From: Hypanus sabinus
Taxonomy: Eukaryota
Direction of reading: 5' to 3'
Assembly: GCF_030144855.1 (NCBI RefSeq)
Contig: NC_082731.1
Coordinates: 29,016,001-29,080,000, forward strand
Length of the DNA stretch: 64,000 nt
In this document: in pieces, positions 1 to 12,656 of the stretch
How the letters are laid out: the number at the start of each line of letters is the position of its first letter
How positions within the stretch are numbered: position 1 is the first letter of the stretch
Notes under the pieces: generated by a model
The model's database searches: none
The model's input: only the letters and a program-made list of their open reading frames with translations
What the model was told of the DNA's origin: nothing
Made by a program: the position numbers and the translations under genes

Positions 1-37
1 ATATATTTATTGTTGCCTGAATACGTAACATTAAATA

Positions 38-55
38 TGGGGGCTCGTCCGGGAT
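38..55 (+). promoter_or_regulatory. Primer-binding site, tRNA-Pro
   Basis: TGGGGGCTCGTCCGGGAT, 7 nt after the 5' LTR end, is the classic tRNA-Pro PBS sequence. Confidence 0.92.
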
Positions 56-87
56 TGAATCATTTGAGTTTAATTGCTTGCTAACTT

Positions 88-2100
88 TTGAATCGGTGTT
101 TTGGAAATGGGGATTACTCGGTTCTTTTGTTTGGCTTGTTGTGGTATTCGGCAGCAATGAATATTGATGAGTTTCTGGCTTCGCCAGCTGCGGAGGTGTT
201 GGCGAAGGCGAAGAAAACTGAGGTGTTTGAGATAGCTAGTAGATTGCAACTTAAAGGTATTTTGCAGACTACATCTAAGGCTGTGATACAGAGGAAAATC
301 GCGTCACACTATGTGGTCTCGGGTGTTTTTGATGAATCAATTTTAGAGTCGTTTCAAATAAGTAATCTGGAGATGCAGTTGCAAATCGAACAAATGAAAT
401 TGGAGAGGTGTAAATTGAAGGCGGAACAAAATAAGAGAGAATTTGCATATGCAATGGAGGAATTAAAGTCTGGGAATCAGTCTTCTGGTTCTAAAAAACC
501 GTTTGTTGCTAGTCAAGAAATTAAATTGGTCCCTCCATTTAGTGAAACAGAAGTGGAAAGGTATTTTCAACATTTTGAAACTATTGCTCGGATGTCAGAG
601 TGGCCGAAAGATAAATGGTCAGTGTTGTTACAGAGAGTAATTAAAGGCAAAGCACAACAAGTTTACACAGCTTTAACCGCTGCGCAAGCACTTGATTATG
701 ATATTGTAAAGAGGCATATCTTAAATGCATATGAGTTAGTCCCAGAAGCATATAGGGAAAGATTCAGAAGTTTGAAAAAGTCTGTGGAAAAAACTTATGT
801 GGAATTTGCCTATGATAAAGCTATGTGTTTTGAGAGATGGGTTTCTTCTAAAAATGTAAATGGGGACTATGATACATTGAGAGAGCTGATTTGAATGGAG
901 GAATTTAAAAGAAGCATTCCTGTTGAAGTAAGGACCTACTTAAATGAGAAGGATACTGATAAATTGCAGGACTGTGCTAGATTAGCTGATGAGTATGTTT
1001 TAATCCATAAGAATAAATTTCCTCAGGGCAGAAATTTTAAGAGGAAAAATAACATGGAGATTCCAGGTAAATCTGAACTAAAACCAGAGGTTAATGAGAA
1101 AGTTGATGAGAAAGGAAAGCCTGTGAAGGAAAGACAGTTTGGTCTTACATGTGACTATTGTAAGAAGCCTGGCCATGTAATAGCTAACTGTTTCAAATTG
1201 AAAAAGAAAGAGAAGGAAGCAGTTCCAGATGCTTGTGTGCAACATACTGAAGCACCTGTAAAGTTACAGGGTTTGATAAACACAAATGAGGCTTTGTTAG
1301 AGTCTGACCAACTTAGAAAGGGATATGATCATTTTATAACTGAAGGGTTTGTATCCTTGAAAGAAGGATCTACTCTGGTGCCAATAAAAATCCTTAGGGA
1401 TACTGGTGCTTCTCAGTCACTGATGTTAGACAGTGTGTTGAAGTTTAATGAAGAGTCTGATACTGGTGAGGTAAATTACATAAGAGGTGTTGGAAGTGAT
1501 TTTATGCCTGTACATTTACATAAAGTAAATTTAAAGTCAGGGTTAGTTACAGGATTTGTTAAAGTAGGATTACAGCATAGCTTACCTGTGAAGGGTATTT
1601 CTTTATTGTTAGGTAATGACTTGGCAGGTGGACAAGTTTTTCCTGAAATGCATTTGACAATGGAGCCAGAGGAACCAGAGTTGAATTCTAACACAGATTC
1701 TTCCTGTGTTGTGACTAGAGCTATGGCTGAAAAGATTGATGCGCAGAATGAGGTTGTTACTCAGGACTGCTCAACTCAGGATTCGAGTTTTGAGGATGCA
1801 TCAGAGACTTTCTTATCTTTGTTGTTTGAACAAGATTCTGGGAGTAAGTCTGACTATAAAGATTTATCTTTGTCTCGGAAGGAGATGATAGCAGAGCAGA
1901 ACAGAGACTCTGAGATTATCAAATTAAGAGAGCAGGTTTTACTAGATAGTGAAATTGATAAGGTGCCAGTAGGATATTACTTGGATAAAGGAGTGTTGAT
2001 GAGGAAGTGGAGATCACCTACAGTTCCTGCAAGTGAGGATTGGAATGTTGTTTACCTGGTAGTTGTTCCGAAAGTTTATCGAAATGAGATTTTGATTTAG
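88..2100 (+). pseudogene. gag-pro: gag (SCAN-like, CCHC zinc knuckle) and aspartic protease, split by an in-frame TGA at 892-894
   Basis: ORFs 88-894 and 895-2100 are contiguous and in frame. Motifs CDYCKKPGHVIANC and LRDTGASQSL. Confidence 0.88.
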
Positions 2101-2108
2101 CTCATAGT

Positions 2109-3293
2109 GTGCCTTTAGGTGGACATCAAGGGGTAAGGAAAACTGTGGACAAGATTTTAAAACATTTTTACTGGCCTGGTCTAAGAAAAGATGTGGCGAT
2201 GTTTTGTAAAACGTGCCATACTTGTCAAATTATGGGTAAACCAAATCAGGTTACACCAGTAGCTCCACTACAACCTATCCCAGCATTTGGTGAACCACTT
2301 TCTAAAGTTATTGTAGATTGTGTTGGTCCATTACCAAAGACAAAAGCTGGTTATCAGTATTTGTTGACTATCATGTGTACTTCTTCTAGGTTTCCAGAGG
2401 CAGTACCACTTAGGAATATAAAAGATAAGACAGTGACAAGGGCTCTTATAAATTCTTTTTACTTATTTTGGATTACCTAAGGAGATACAAACTGATCAAG
2501 ACAGTAATTTTATGTCTGGATTGTTTCAACAGATAGTTTATAAATTGGGAGCTAAGCAAATCACTACGTCTGCATACCATCCGGAATCACAGGGTGCCTT
2601 GGAGAGGTTTCATTCTACCCTCAAGGATATGATTAGGACATTTTGTGTGGAAAATGAAAGTGACTGCAATGAGGGTATAAACTTACTTTTATTTGCAGTA
2701 GGGGAATCGGTACAGGAATCTTTAGGTTTTAGTCCATTTGAACTTGTGTTTGGGCATAGAGTTAGAGGACTTTTAGCTTTATTGAAAGAACAGTGGATTA
2801 GTAAGGAAGTACTAATTTTTTGGACTATGTGTTGAAATTTGACAGGTTACATTAAGCTTGTAGCTTAGCTAAGGAGAATTTAAAGTTTGCTCAGGAGAAA
2901 ATGAAGACTTGGTATGATAAAGAAGCTAGGATGAGGATGTTTAAGCCTGGAGATGAGGTGTTGGTTCTTTTCCCAGTGCAGACAAATCCTTTACAAGCTA
3001 GATTTCATGGTCCTTATGAAATTGTGTCTAAAATCAATGATGTGGATTACGTGGTAAAAACTCCAGATCGTAGAAGGTCAACACAACTTTGCCATATAAA
3101 TATGTTGAAACCATATTTTGAGAAACAATCTGATACTGTGACTGTTGTGGTTAGTGAGAGTGAGTCTGATTTAACTGGGAACATGATAGACATGAACATG
3201 AACATGATTCATCTGACTTTCATTCTAAATCCAACATTGTTTCTGTTAGGTTACCAAATTCAACCATTCTGGAAAATATTGATGAAAAATTAG
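2109..3293 (+). pseudogene. int: Integrase (zinc-binding domain, core, C-terminal domain), frameshifted into three pieces
   Basis: GGHQG...HFYWPGL...CKTCHTC; IVDCVGPLP; TSAYHPESQGALERFH; FHGPYEI. Confidence 0.88.
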
Positions 3294-3322
3294 CACATTT
3301 ACAGTTAGAGCAGAGACAACAG

Positions 3323-4675
3323 ATGAAGGAGTTGATTTTTAAGTATAGGGAGTTGTTTCCAGATGTTCCGAGAAGGATGACTATAGCTTCACATGATGTA
3401 GATGTTGGAGATGCCAAACCTATTAAACAACATCCATATAGGATGAACATGGAAAAATGTGAACTTGCTGAGAAAGAAATTGAATACATGTTAGATAATA
3501 ATATCATTAGACATTCTAACTCGAATTGGAGTTCGCCATGTGTAATGGTGCCAAAGCCAGATGGTAGTATTAGGTTTTGTACTGATTATAGGAAGGTGAA
3601 TGCTGTAACGAAAACAGATGCATATCCAATTCCTAGAGTAGATGATTGTGTAGATAAAGTTGGAAAGGCAAAGTTCCTTACAAAGATTGATTTATTGAAA
3701 GGGTATTGGTGTGTTCCATTAACGGACAGAGGTAGAGAGATTTCTGCATTTGTAACTCCATCTGGGTTATATGAGTATAATGTTCTTCCATTTGGGATGA
3801 AGAATGCCCCAGGTACTTTCCAGAGGATGATTAACTTTGTGATTCAGGGATTGAAAGATACTGATGCTTATATTGATGATTTAGTGACAGGAAATGATAC
3901 TTGGGAAGCACACATTATTGTGATGGAGAAATTGTTTGAAAGGCTTTCAAAAGCTAACTTAACTATTAATTTAGCTAAGAGTGAATTTGGACATGCCACT
4001 GTGACTTACCTTGGTTATGTTGTGGGTCAAGGTAAGGTATCTCCTGTTCAGGCAAAAGTTCAGGCAATTTTGGAGATTCCCACTCCAACGGAGAAAAAGA
4101 CTCTCAGAAGGTTTTTGGGAATGGTAGGATATTATCGGAAATTTTGTAAGAATTTTGCTAATGTTGCTCTTCCATTAACTAACCTTCTGCGGAAGAATGA
4201 GAAGTTTGTATGGACGGTGCCTTGTCAAGAAGCATTTGAGAAATTGAAAACAATGATATGTCAACAACCTGTGCTTAAGGCACCTGACTTTGGAAAACCT
4301 TTTTCATTGGCTGTAGATGCTAGTGATGTAGCTGCAGGAGCAGTATTAATGCAAAGGAATGAGGGTGATGAGGTTGATCATCCAGTAGCTTACTTTTCTA
4401 AGAAATTTAATAAGCAACAAAGAAACTATTTGACAATAGAGAAAGAATTGTTATCTCTTGTTTTAGCTTTGGAATATTTTGAGGTATATGTTAGTACAAC
4501 TCAAAAACCACTTATTGTTTACACTGATCATAATCCGTTAGTTTTTCTGAGTAAGATGAAAAACAAAAATAGAAGATTATTAAATTGGAGTTTGATGTTA
4601 CAAGAGTACAATATTGTGATTACTCATATTAAAGGTAAAGATAATGTGGTGGCTGATTGTCTATCTCGATGTTGA
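3323..4675 (+). CDS. pol: Reverse transcriptase and RNase H (open 450-aa segment of pol)
   Basis: RFCTDYRKVN, LPFGMKNAP, YIDD, LAVDASD, TDHNPL, NVVADCLSR. Confidence 0.93.
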   Translation: MKELIFKYRELFPDVPRRMTIASHDVDVGDAKPIKQHPYRMNMEKCELAEKEIEYMLDNNIIRHSNSNWSSPCVMVPKPDGSIRFCTDYRKVNAVTKTDAYPIPRVDDCVDKVGKAKFLTKIDLLKGYWCVPLTDRGREISAFVTPSGLYEYNVLPFGMKNAPGTFQRMINFVIQGLKDTDAYIDDLVTGNDTWEAHIIVMEKLFERLSKANLTINLAKSEFGHATVTYLGYVVGQGKVSPVQAKVQAILEIPTPTEKKTLRRFLGMVGYYRKFCKNFANVALPLTNLLRKNEKFVWTVPCQEAFEKLKTMICQQPVLKAPDFGKPFSLAVDASDVAAGAVLMQRNEGDEVDHPVAYFSKKFNKQQRNYLTIEKELLSLVLALEYFEVYVSTTQKPLIVYTDHNPLVFLSKMKNKNRRLLNWSLMLQEYNIVITHIKGKDNVVADCLSRC

Positions 4676-4871
4676 ATGTACACTGTAATTTTTTTTTAAT
4701 GGAGTGTTTTTTTTTCAATTGTAACACTCCTACTGTATTGTGAGTTATAAGCTGTTATATGATGGTATTGTATATTGTGTATATTATAAAATTTATACTT
4801 TTATTTTTCTGGTAAGCAATTGTTAAAAAAATTTTTTCTTGTCAGACCAAAAATGTTTTTTTGGAGGGAGG

Positions 4872-5745
4872 TGTTACGTACTCGTGACACATGACAGTGG
4901 AGCCCTTGTCACGTGACTGGGGTTGAAGCTGTACTGGACTTGAGGTGATGGTCTTGTGATGGTGGTGACGTCATTTTCCCGCCAGTAGAGATCATGTGAG
5001 GGCTTTTTTTACAGGTTATAAAAGGTAGACCCCACACTGTGAGGAGGGGCAGTTCATGGCTGGATTTGCCAGGTTGACTTCATGCCACTGCGTGTTTTAA
5101 GTGATGACGCAGTTTAGTTGAAGGATGAAGTTTTAATTTAATGCCTAAAGTTTAAAAGGTCAATGCCAGCAGGTTCTTTATGATTCTGCTAGTTTGAGAA
5201 AATTAGTGGAGAGTGAAGATTGGAAGTTTGGAAGTTAAAGATCGAGGAGAATCGCTTTCTACGGTGAAACGGGGGTGACCTTTGTTTGATCCTTATTTGG
5301 AAGGATTTCGTTGACTATCTTCATGTTAATCCCTAGGTTTAACTAGAAAGGATTGAAGGTAGTGGAGAAGGAAAGGTCAGTGCCTTTAAGCCATTCTGTT
5401 TCGTAAATCTTCGTGGGAAGTTCGACGTCGGGGATCGAAGCCAAGTGACGTGAAAGAGAACCTAAATCATCTTATAAAGTCTCTCCTTTTAAATGGACCG
5501 TGAGCATATTGAACTTTTGGCAATACCACTTTAAAGAACTGTTTTTGCAATACCACTTTAAAGAACTGTTTTTGCAATATCGCTTTAAGAACTGTTTTAA
5601 GCTGCCACACCACAGCTGTTTCCGGTTACGGTAGTGTTTGTTTACTTTTGGGGGGGGGTTTGTTTTCAGTGTTTAATAAACGTGTTGTTTGTTATAAGAA
5701 ATCCTTGCCGAACTCATATATTTATTGTTGCCTGAATACGTGACA
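4872..5745 (+). repeat. 3' LTR (874 bp) with about three internal tandem copies of caataccactttaaagaactgttttg at 5521-5600
   Basis: Follows the PPT GGAGGGAGG. Terminal inverted repeat TGTTACG/CGTGACA. AATAAA near 5675. Confidence 0.9.
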
Positions 5746-5749
5746 GTTT

Positions 5750-7745
5750 GCTCTTTTCCATAGGTGCTTCCTGGTGTTATCCTGCCTTTAGAATATTTCT
5801 TCTTTGGGATGCATTTATATCATGCCTTTCAAATTGCTCCCAGAATCCCCTGCCATTTCTGCTCTGCCGTTATCCCTGCTAGTGTCCCCTTCCAATCAAT
5901 TTTGGCCAGCTTCTCGCTCATACCTCTGTCATTCCCTTTACTCCACTATAATACTGACTTTAGATCCTCCTTTTCAAACTAATTGCAGGGTGAATTACAT
6001 CATATTTTGATCATTGGACCCAAGCATTCTCTTACCTTAAACTCTCCACTCTATTCTGGTTCATTGTACAACACCCAATCCAGAATAGCTAATCACCGAG
6101 TGGGCTCATGAACCACTTAGTCTAAAACAAAGTTGTAAGGCATGACTTGCCACGCAAAAAGCCACACTGGCTCTCCCTAACTAGGCCATGGGTTTCCAAA
6201 TGCTCAGATATCCTATCCTTATGATTTTTATTCAGCAATTTCCCTTCAAATTAAGTGAGATTTATTGGTCCATAGTTCCCAGAATTCTCCCTTGATCCCT
6301 TCTCAAATCGAAGTTCAACATTAACCACTCGCCATTCCTCTGGAACCTCACCTGTGGCGAATGAGGACACAAAGATACTGGCCAAGGGCCCAGCAAGCTG
6401 ATCTTTTGCCTCCTTCAGTAACCGGGAATAAATCCCATCTGAGCCTGAGGACTTATTCATCTTAATCCTGATCAGGAGGCCCAGTATTTCCTCCTCCTTG
6501 ACCTCTAAGTGCCCTACTGTATTTATATATTCAGCACTGATCTCCTGGTGCTCTATATCCTTTTCCTTGGTAAACACTACATCAAAGTACTCATTTGGCA
6601 GCTCACTCACATTCTCTGCTCCAAGCAAATGTTTCCACCCTCCCCCCCACCCCCCCATCCTTGAGTGGTCCCACCCTCTCCTGAGTTACCGTCTTACTCT
6701 TGGTGTCTGTGTAAAATGCCTTGAGATTCACCTTAATCCTACTTGCCAAGGACTTTTCATGGACCCTCCTAACTTTCCTCTAGTTCCTTTCTGGTTTCTT
6801 TATAATCCTCATGTGCTTCCTTTCATCCGAACTTCTGAAGCTTTACACACTTTTTCTTTTTCTTCTTGACTAATTTCATCACCTCTCTGGATATCCAAGG
6901 TTCTCTTATATTTTCATCCCCATCCTTCCTTCTAACAGGTATATACCTTTCCTGTACCCCATGCAATTGTTCTTTGAACACCCTCCACTCTTTAAAAAGG
7001 GAAGAAAGCAAAAGAAAGGAAATTATAAGCTAGCTAGCCAAAACTCAGTGTTTCAGAAAGTGTTGGAGTCTCTTATTAAGAATGAGGTTTTGGGGTATTT
7101 GGAGATGAGTGATAACATAAGTCAAAGTCAGCGTAGTTTCTGCAATGGGAAATCTTGCCTGACACATCTGTTAGAGTTCTTCAAGGAAGTAACACGCAGG
7201 GTGGACAAAGGAGAGGGAGTGAATTTTTATTTATTTGGGTTTTCAAAAATCATTTGATAAGGAGCCATACATGGGCTGCTTAACAAGACAAAATTGAATG
7301 GCATTACAGGAAAGATATTGGCATGGAGGGAGGAATGACTGACAGGTAGGAGGCAGTGAGTGGAAATAAAATGTGCCTTCTTTGGTTGGTTGCCATTGAC
7401 TACTGATGTTCCTCAGGGGTCAATATTGAGACCGCTACTTTTACATTGTTTGGTTATGACTCAGATAATGGAACTAATGGCTTTGTGGCAAAGTGTGCGA
7501 ATGACACAAAAATAGGTGGAGGAGTAGGTTGTGCTAAGGAAGCAATGCAGTTGCAGTAGGACTTGGATAAAATAGAAGAATGGGCAAAAAGTGGCAGATG
7601 GAATACAATCTTGGGAAATCCATGATAATATATTTTGGTAAAATAAACAATAGTGCACACTATTATCTAAATGGGAAGAAGGTTCATAAAACAAAGGTGC
7701 AAAGGGACTTAGGAGTCCTCATGTAGGACTCCCAGAAGGTTAATT
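5750..7745. mobile_element. CR1-clade LINE ORF2 fragments (minus strand about 5750-6990, plus strand about 6990-7745)
   Basis: KSSGSDGIYSRLLKE...GEVPEEW...NYGPINLT on minus; GKSCLTHLLEFF on plus. Boundaries approximate. Confidence 0.8.
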
Positions 7746-7749
7746 CACA

Positions 7750-8200
7750 GGTTGAGTCTGTGGTAAAGAAGGCAAATACAATATTAGCATTTATTTCAAT
7801 GTGTTTAACAGGAAAGGAAAGGAAATCCATGAAAGCAATATATATAGGATTAACAAAATCAATACTGGACTATGGTAGTACAGTATATGGATCAGCATCA
7901 CACTGTGTGCTCAATGGACCGGATATAATTCAAAGTCAAGCATTAAGGTTAATCAGTGGGGCAATAAGGACAACACCAGTGGAGGCAATGCAGGTGGAGT
8001 TGGGAGAGACACCTCTGGAACTGAGAAGAACACAGCTTGTGTTAACATATTGGGTAAACCTACAAAGGCCTGAAGAAAATCATCCAAGTAAACAGCTATT
8101 AGATCAATGCTGGGAAAAGGAAAGAAAGAAATCAGAAGTTTTTCATGGACTATTGAAGGAAAAGCAGGAAGGACAGGAATTAGTAATAAGGCAGTGAGTG
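7750..8200 (+). mobile_element. Non-LTR retrotransposon fragment (I/Nimb-like RT C-terminal region)
   Basis: SILDYGSTVYGSAS...QALRLISGAIRTTPVEAM. Confidence 0.6.
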
Positions 8201-9499
8201 ATACAGAGCCTTTTCCTGGGCTGTCTCCATGACTGTATGAAGCACCAGAGGTGGATCCTAAATTATTTAGGAAGAGACAGAAAAATAGTGATCTTAAATG
8301 ATATAGTGGAAAATGATGTAAATAAGAATTATAATTATTAATTGTTTACAAATGTCAACAAATGCTTAAAAAATGGCAACGGTAGATTAGGGGTAGGATT
8401 GGTAGTGAGACCAATGAGAGCTGGAATATTGTTTGATTCAAGCACAACAATCAGGAGTCTCAAATATTTACATTCAGCAGAAAGACCAGATATTGTATGT
8501 GAGATAATACAAACCTTATTTTGACTTGAAATAATATCCAGAGAGAAGTGGGATGGTTGAAGAATGCAGGAAAGAGCAGGAGGGAAGAATGATTACATCA
8601 AGATTGATGTTTGGGTATGCAGTGTTAAAGTATATTGTTTTTAAAGAAGAAACACAATAATGGGAGGTGTGAATATTTAATCATCAAGATACAATCAAGA
8701 GAGGCGATGGTTGATTTTAGAGTTATCACAAAATAAAATTCAATTTAACATTAACAGCTTTTTGCAGAAAGGGTCACAGGATTATTGCTTTAAATATATA
8801 GTGCAGTTTCTGAAGAACACAGGTCTTTTTATAATATCTGATACAAATACAACATGGCGCCAAATATAAAAATGTGTGTCATGATATGTTGACCCACACT
8901 GGAGTTCAGAAGGTGTCAGTAATGCACCTTAAAGCTTTTTGCCAACTGGCATAAAAGCCTCAGAAAACTATCGACTATTGAAAGGCCCAGACGGGGTTGA
9001 TGTTCAGAGGATGTTTGTGAGAGTGTTGGGACGTAAGTATGCACAGGCCTTTCCCACCATAGGCTGTTTGCTGAGGGAAGACAGAGAAGCGAAACGCCAG
9101 AGAAAAATTCAGGGAGACTCAGTAAATCAGACCTCCCACCTACCTGTTTCTATCCCTGCCGCCATCAGTTAAAAGGTCTTCTGGTCCTCCCACCTGTTTA
9201 TCATCTGATTAGAGAAACATGCAGACTACCGCCCTCTATTGGTTGGAGGTCTGCATGTTCCCATCCTCCCTTTTTATCTCCATTGACTTGCGTGCAGATC
9301 CAACATATGGCTTGCCCTATCATTGGGCACATTAAAAAATCATAGCAGGGGTTGAATGGTATGAAAATTATTCAGAAAGGTCCATTTGGTTCACAAAATT
9401 AAAATGGATGTTTCAGCAGAGCTGTCAAATTGTGAAAGGGAAAAGACTTTTGATTAAATATAGAAAACTTTGGGAACAAAAGTGCAGGAGCTTTCTGCC

Positions 9500-12330
9500 T
9501 GCGCCGAATGGTGATGTTTACCGGTCGTTGACATTTAAATTATCAACATTACATCCTTGCTTTTATATTCTAGTCCTCTGGAAATAAATGCTAACATCAC
9601 TTTTGCCTTCCTCAGCACAGACTGCAAATTAACCTTTAGGGAATCCTGCACAAGGTCTCGCAAAACCCTTTGCGTCTCAGTGTTTTGTATTTTCAGTCCA
9701 TTTAGAAAATAGTTCATTTTTTCTGACAAAGAGCATGACCATACACTTCCTGACATCATATTCCATCTACCTCCTTTGCCCTCTCCCCTAAGCTGCCTGT
9801 CTTTCTGTAGCCTCTGTACTTCCCCAAAAGGACCTGCCTCTCAACCTGTCTTCATATCGTCTGCAAACTTTGCAACAAAGCCATCAATTCCAACATCCAA
9901 ATCATTGACATATAACGTAAAAAGAATCAGTCCCAGCAAAGACCCCTAGTCACCTGCAGTCAACCATAAATGTCTCTCTTTATTCCTACTCTTTCCCTCC
10001 AACCAATCAGTCACTGCTTTACACATCCTGGAATTTTTCCTGTCATACCATGAGCTTGTTAAGCAGTCTCATCTGTGACTATCTGCAGCTTGTTCAACAG
10101 ATTTGTCAGGAAGATTTGTCAGGAAGGATTTTCCTTTGAGGAAAACATGCTGACTTCTGCCCATCTTATCACGTGTTTTCAAGTACCTCAAAACCACACC
10201 CTTAACAATCGATTCCAACATCTTCCCAACCACTTATGCCAGACTAACTGGCCTATTATATCCATTTTTCTGTCCTTCTCCCTTCCTGAAGAGTGGAATG
10301 ACATTTGTAATTTTCCAGAATTTCTAAACAATTCAAGAATCTAGGGATTCTTGAAAAATTACAACTAATGTCTCTGCAATCTATTGAGCTACTTCTTTCT
10401 GAACCCTTGTGTGTACACCATCAGGTCCAGGTGACTTATCTACCTTCAAACCTTTCAATTTCTCAAAAATCTTCTCTGTAGTAATGATTGCTTCACTCAC
10501 TTCATGACCCCGATGACTGGATCTTCTACCAGACTGCTAGCATCTTCCTCAGCGAAGGGTGATGCAAATTACTTATTCAGTTTCTCCACCATTTCCTTGT
10601 CCGCCATTACTACCTCTCCATCACTGTTTTCCAGTGGTCTGATTTCCACTCTCACCTCTCTTTTACTCTTTATGTATCTGAAGCAACTTCTGGTGTTCTC
10701 TTTAATATTATTGAGTAGCTTATTTTAGCATTCCATCTTATTCTTCTTACCGACTTCTTTAGTTGCCTTCCGTTGGGTTTAAATGCTTCTCAATCCTCTA
10801 ACTTTCCTCCAATTCTAGCTCAATTATATGCCCTCTCTTTGGCTGTCACGTTGCTTTTGACATTCCTTGTTCACCATGGTTGTGTCATCTTGTCTTTTGA
10901 ACATTTCTTCCTCTTCAAATCTTCATCTGAATCATCAGGCAACTGCAACGAGGCATTGCAAAGGGTTATTTCCCTCCTGGAAATCGACTTCAAGGGTCAG
11001 CATAAAGGATTCTTATCCCTTCCTTTAGACCTGGCAACTGGATTCCATAAGCTTGGTGGCAAATTCCCCAGATTGTTCAGGTATTTGCTTGGTCCTCTCC
11101 TGAACTGGAGAACAAGACTAGATAGTTTTTGGATTCGCAAAGTCCTGTTGACTGTAAATGGCTTGTTCATCCTTGAAGGCAGGACTTTGTCTTCAGAAGG
11201 TTTTCAGCTTACCTGCACTGAAGGCTGCCTTGGTCCTGGTCACAGGAGAGTCTGGGTCTCGGAACACCATGGTGCAAATAAACCCTGTTACGATGTCTGG
11301 ACCAAGCAATGATTCTGCCTTCCTCCAATCTTGGGCTTTTGGCCTTCTGCTCCTACATCTTCTGCTCTTATGGTCTTGTCACCCTTACCCATAATACTCC
11401 CAGCATTAAAATACATGCACTGCAAAAGATCTGGCCTATCATAACTGTTACTTCAATTTTGCCTTTCAATACCCTCATGGACATCTAGTCCGGTACTTCC
11501 CCTACTGACCTGGTGCTTTGGTTCTCAGCCCCTACAAAACTAGGGTAAGCTCTCCCAAGTAGCATCAGTAAAGCCAGGATATTGGTTCCCCTCCAGTTCA
11601 GGTGCAACCCATCTCAATCTACCTGTGTATTGAAATTCCCAATGACTATCCTAACATTGCACTTTTGACAGGCAATTTCTGTCCTTCGTGTAATTCATAC
11701 ATCACATCATTGCTATACTGTTTGTAGGTCCATATATAACTCCCAAAAGGGTCTTTCACTCTTGCAGATTCTTAGCTCTACCCAAAACGACTTTACACCT
11801 TCAGATCCTATGTCACCTCTTTCTAATTATTTAATTTAATTTTTTTACCAACACAGCCACACCGCACCTTTGGCCTGTCCTTTCAATACAATGTGTATCT
11901 TTGGACATTAAGATCAGAGCTATAACCTTCTTTCAGCCACGATTCAGTGATGCCCAGAAAGTCATAGATGCCACTATGTAGCTGGGCTTGAAGTTCATGT
12001 AGATTATTCCATATCCTGCGCGCATTCAAATATAACACCTGCAGTCCTGTATTCATCACATTTTAAAATTTTGTCCCCTTTTACATTGCAACTCATCCCA
12101 CTAACTGCAATTTTACCTGATCATCAGCTTCTTCTTGCTAGCAGTCTCATTGCACAGTGCCTCTGTTTGTTAGCCAATGATTTGATCCTCAACCTCATCA
12201 CTTAATTTCAGACCCCACTGCCAAATTTGTTTAAACCCTTCTGAACAGCTCTAGCAAACCAGTCTGCAAGGATATTTGTCCCCTGTGGATTCAGGTTTAA
12301 CCTGTCCCTTTTGTACAGGTCATAACTTCT
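9500..12330 (-). mobile_element. Degraded CR1 LINE fragments (RT at about 9500-10920; ORF1/endonuclease at about 11395-12330)
   Basis: Minus-strand ORF 12208-12486 ends in YKRDRLNLNPQGTNILA (CR1 ORF1 esterase-like). CMYFNAGSIMGK near 11400. RT remnants at 9535-9759. Confidence 0.7.
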
Positions 12331-12513
12331 GCTTATCAAGGCCCAGAGGCTTGGAGTAAAGAGGAAAGGTGTAAAGTCCCAGGGGTTATGAAGGGCCTCA
12401 GACTGCATTGTCTGCTGATTGTGCTGTTGTTGGGATGGCAGTGTCAGAGAATGTGATGTGAGATAAGAAAGGTGAAATTGTTTCATGGGATGTCTCTTTA
12501 GTCAATTAGTTAC

Positions 12514-12656
12514 CTTGACAACGGTGACAAAGGTGCTGTAGAGGAAACTGATGATGAACAGAATGGCAAAGGCAGCAACTGTAGGCACATTGTCATCTCC
12601 ATCCACGTGTCCCTGATCTTCCTTCCCCTCCTCTCCTGGCAAGTCGGTGCAGGCTT
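12514..12656 (-). CDS. IgW TM: IgW transmembrane exon TM1: EACTDLPGEEGKEDQGHVDGDDNVPTVAAFAILFIISFLYSTFVTVVK
   Basis: Acceptor ttctcaattctttcag, donor AAG|gtaact, 143 nt (phase 1 to 0). Acidic spacer and the Ig TM motif F..F..S..YS...T. Missing from the ORF track. Confidence 0.9.

Larger units (their letters stand above)
1..5745 (+). mobile_element. Gmr1-like Ty3/Gypsy LTR retrotransposon (gag-PR-INT-RT-RH order), degraded; 5' LTR cut off by the window edge
   Basis: Bases 1-30 match 5716-5745 with one mismatch (LTR end). PBS at 38-55, PPT at 4863-4871, 3' LTR TGTTACG...CGTGACA. Gag, protease, integrase and RT/RNase H motifs lie in between. Confidence 0.93.

Noticed and set aside
10773-11394. 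Plus-strand ORFs of 179 and 78 aa, one with a hydrophobic C-terminus, and a minus-strand gcag|gtaag donor
   Set aside because: No recognisable domain or exon chain, and embedded between CR1 remnants.
12208-12486. ORF as a TM2 cytoplasmic exon
   Set aside because: It runs without a stop into CR1 ORF1 sequence and does not resemble a short Ig cytoplasmic tail.
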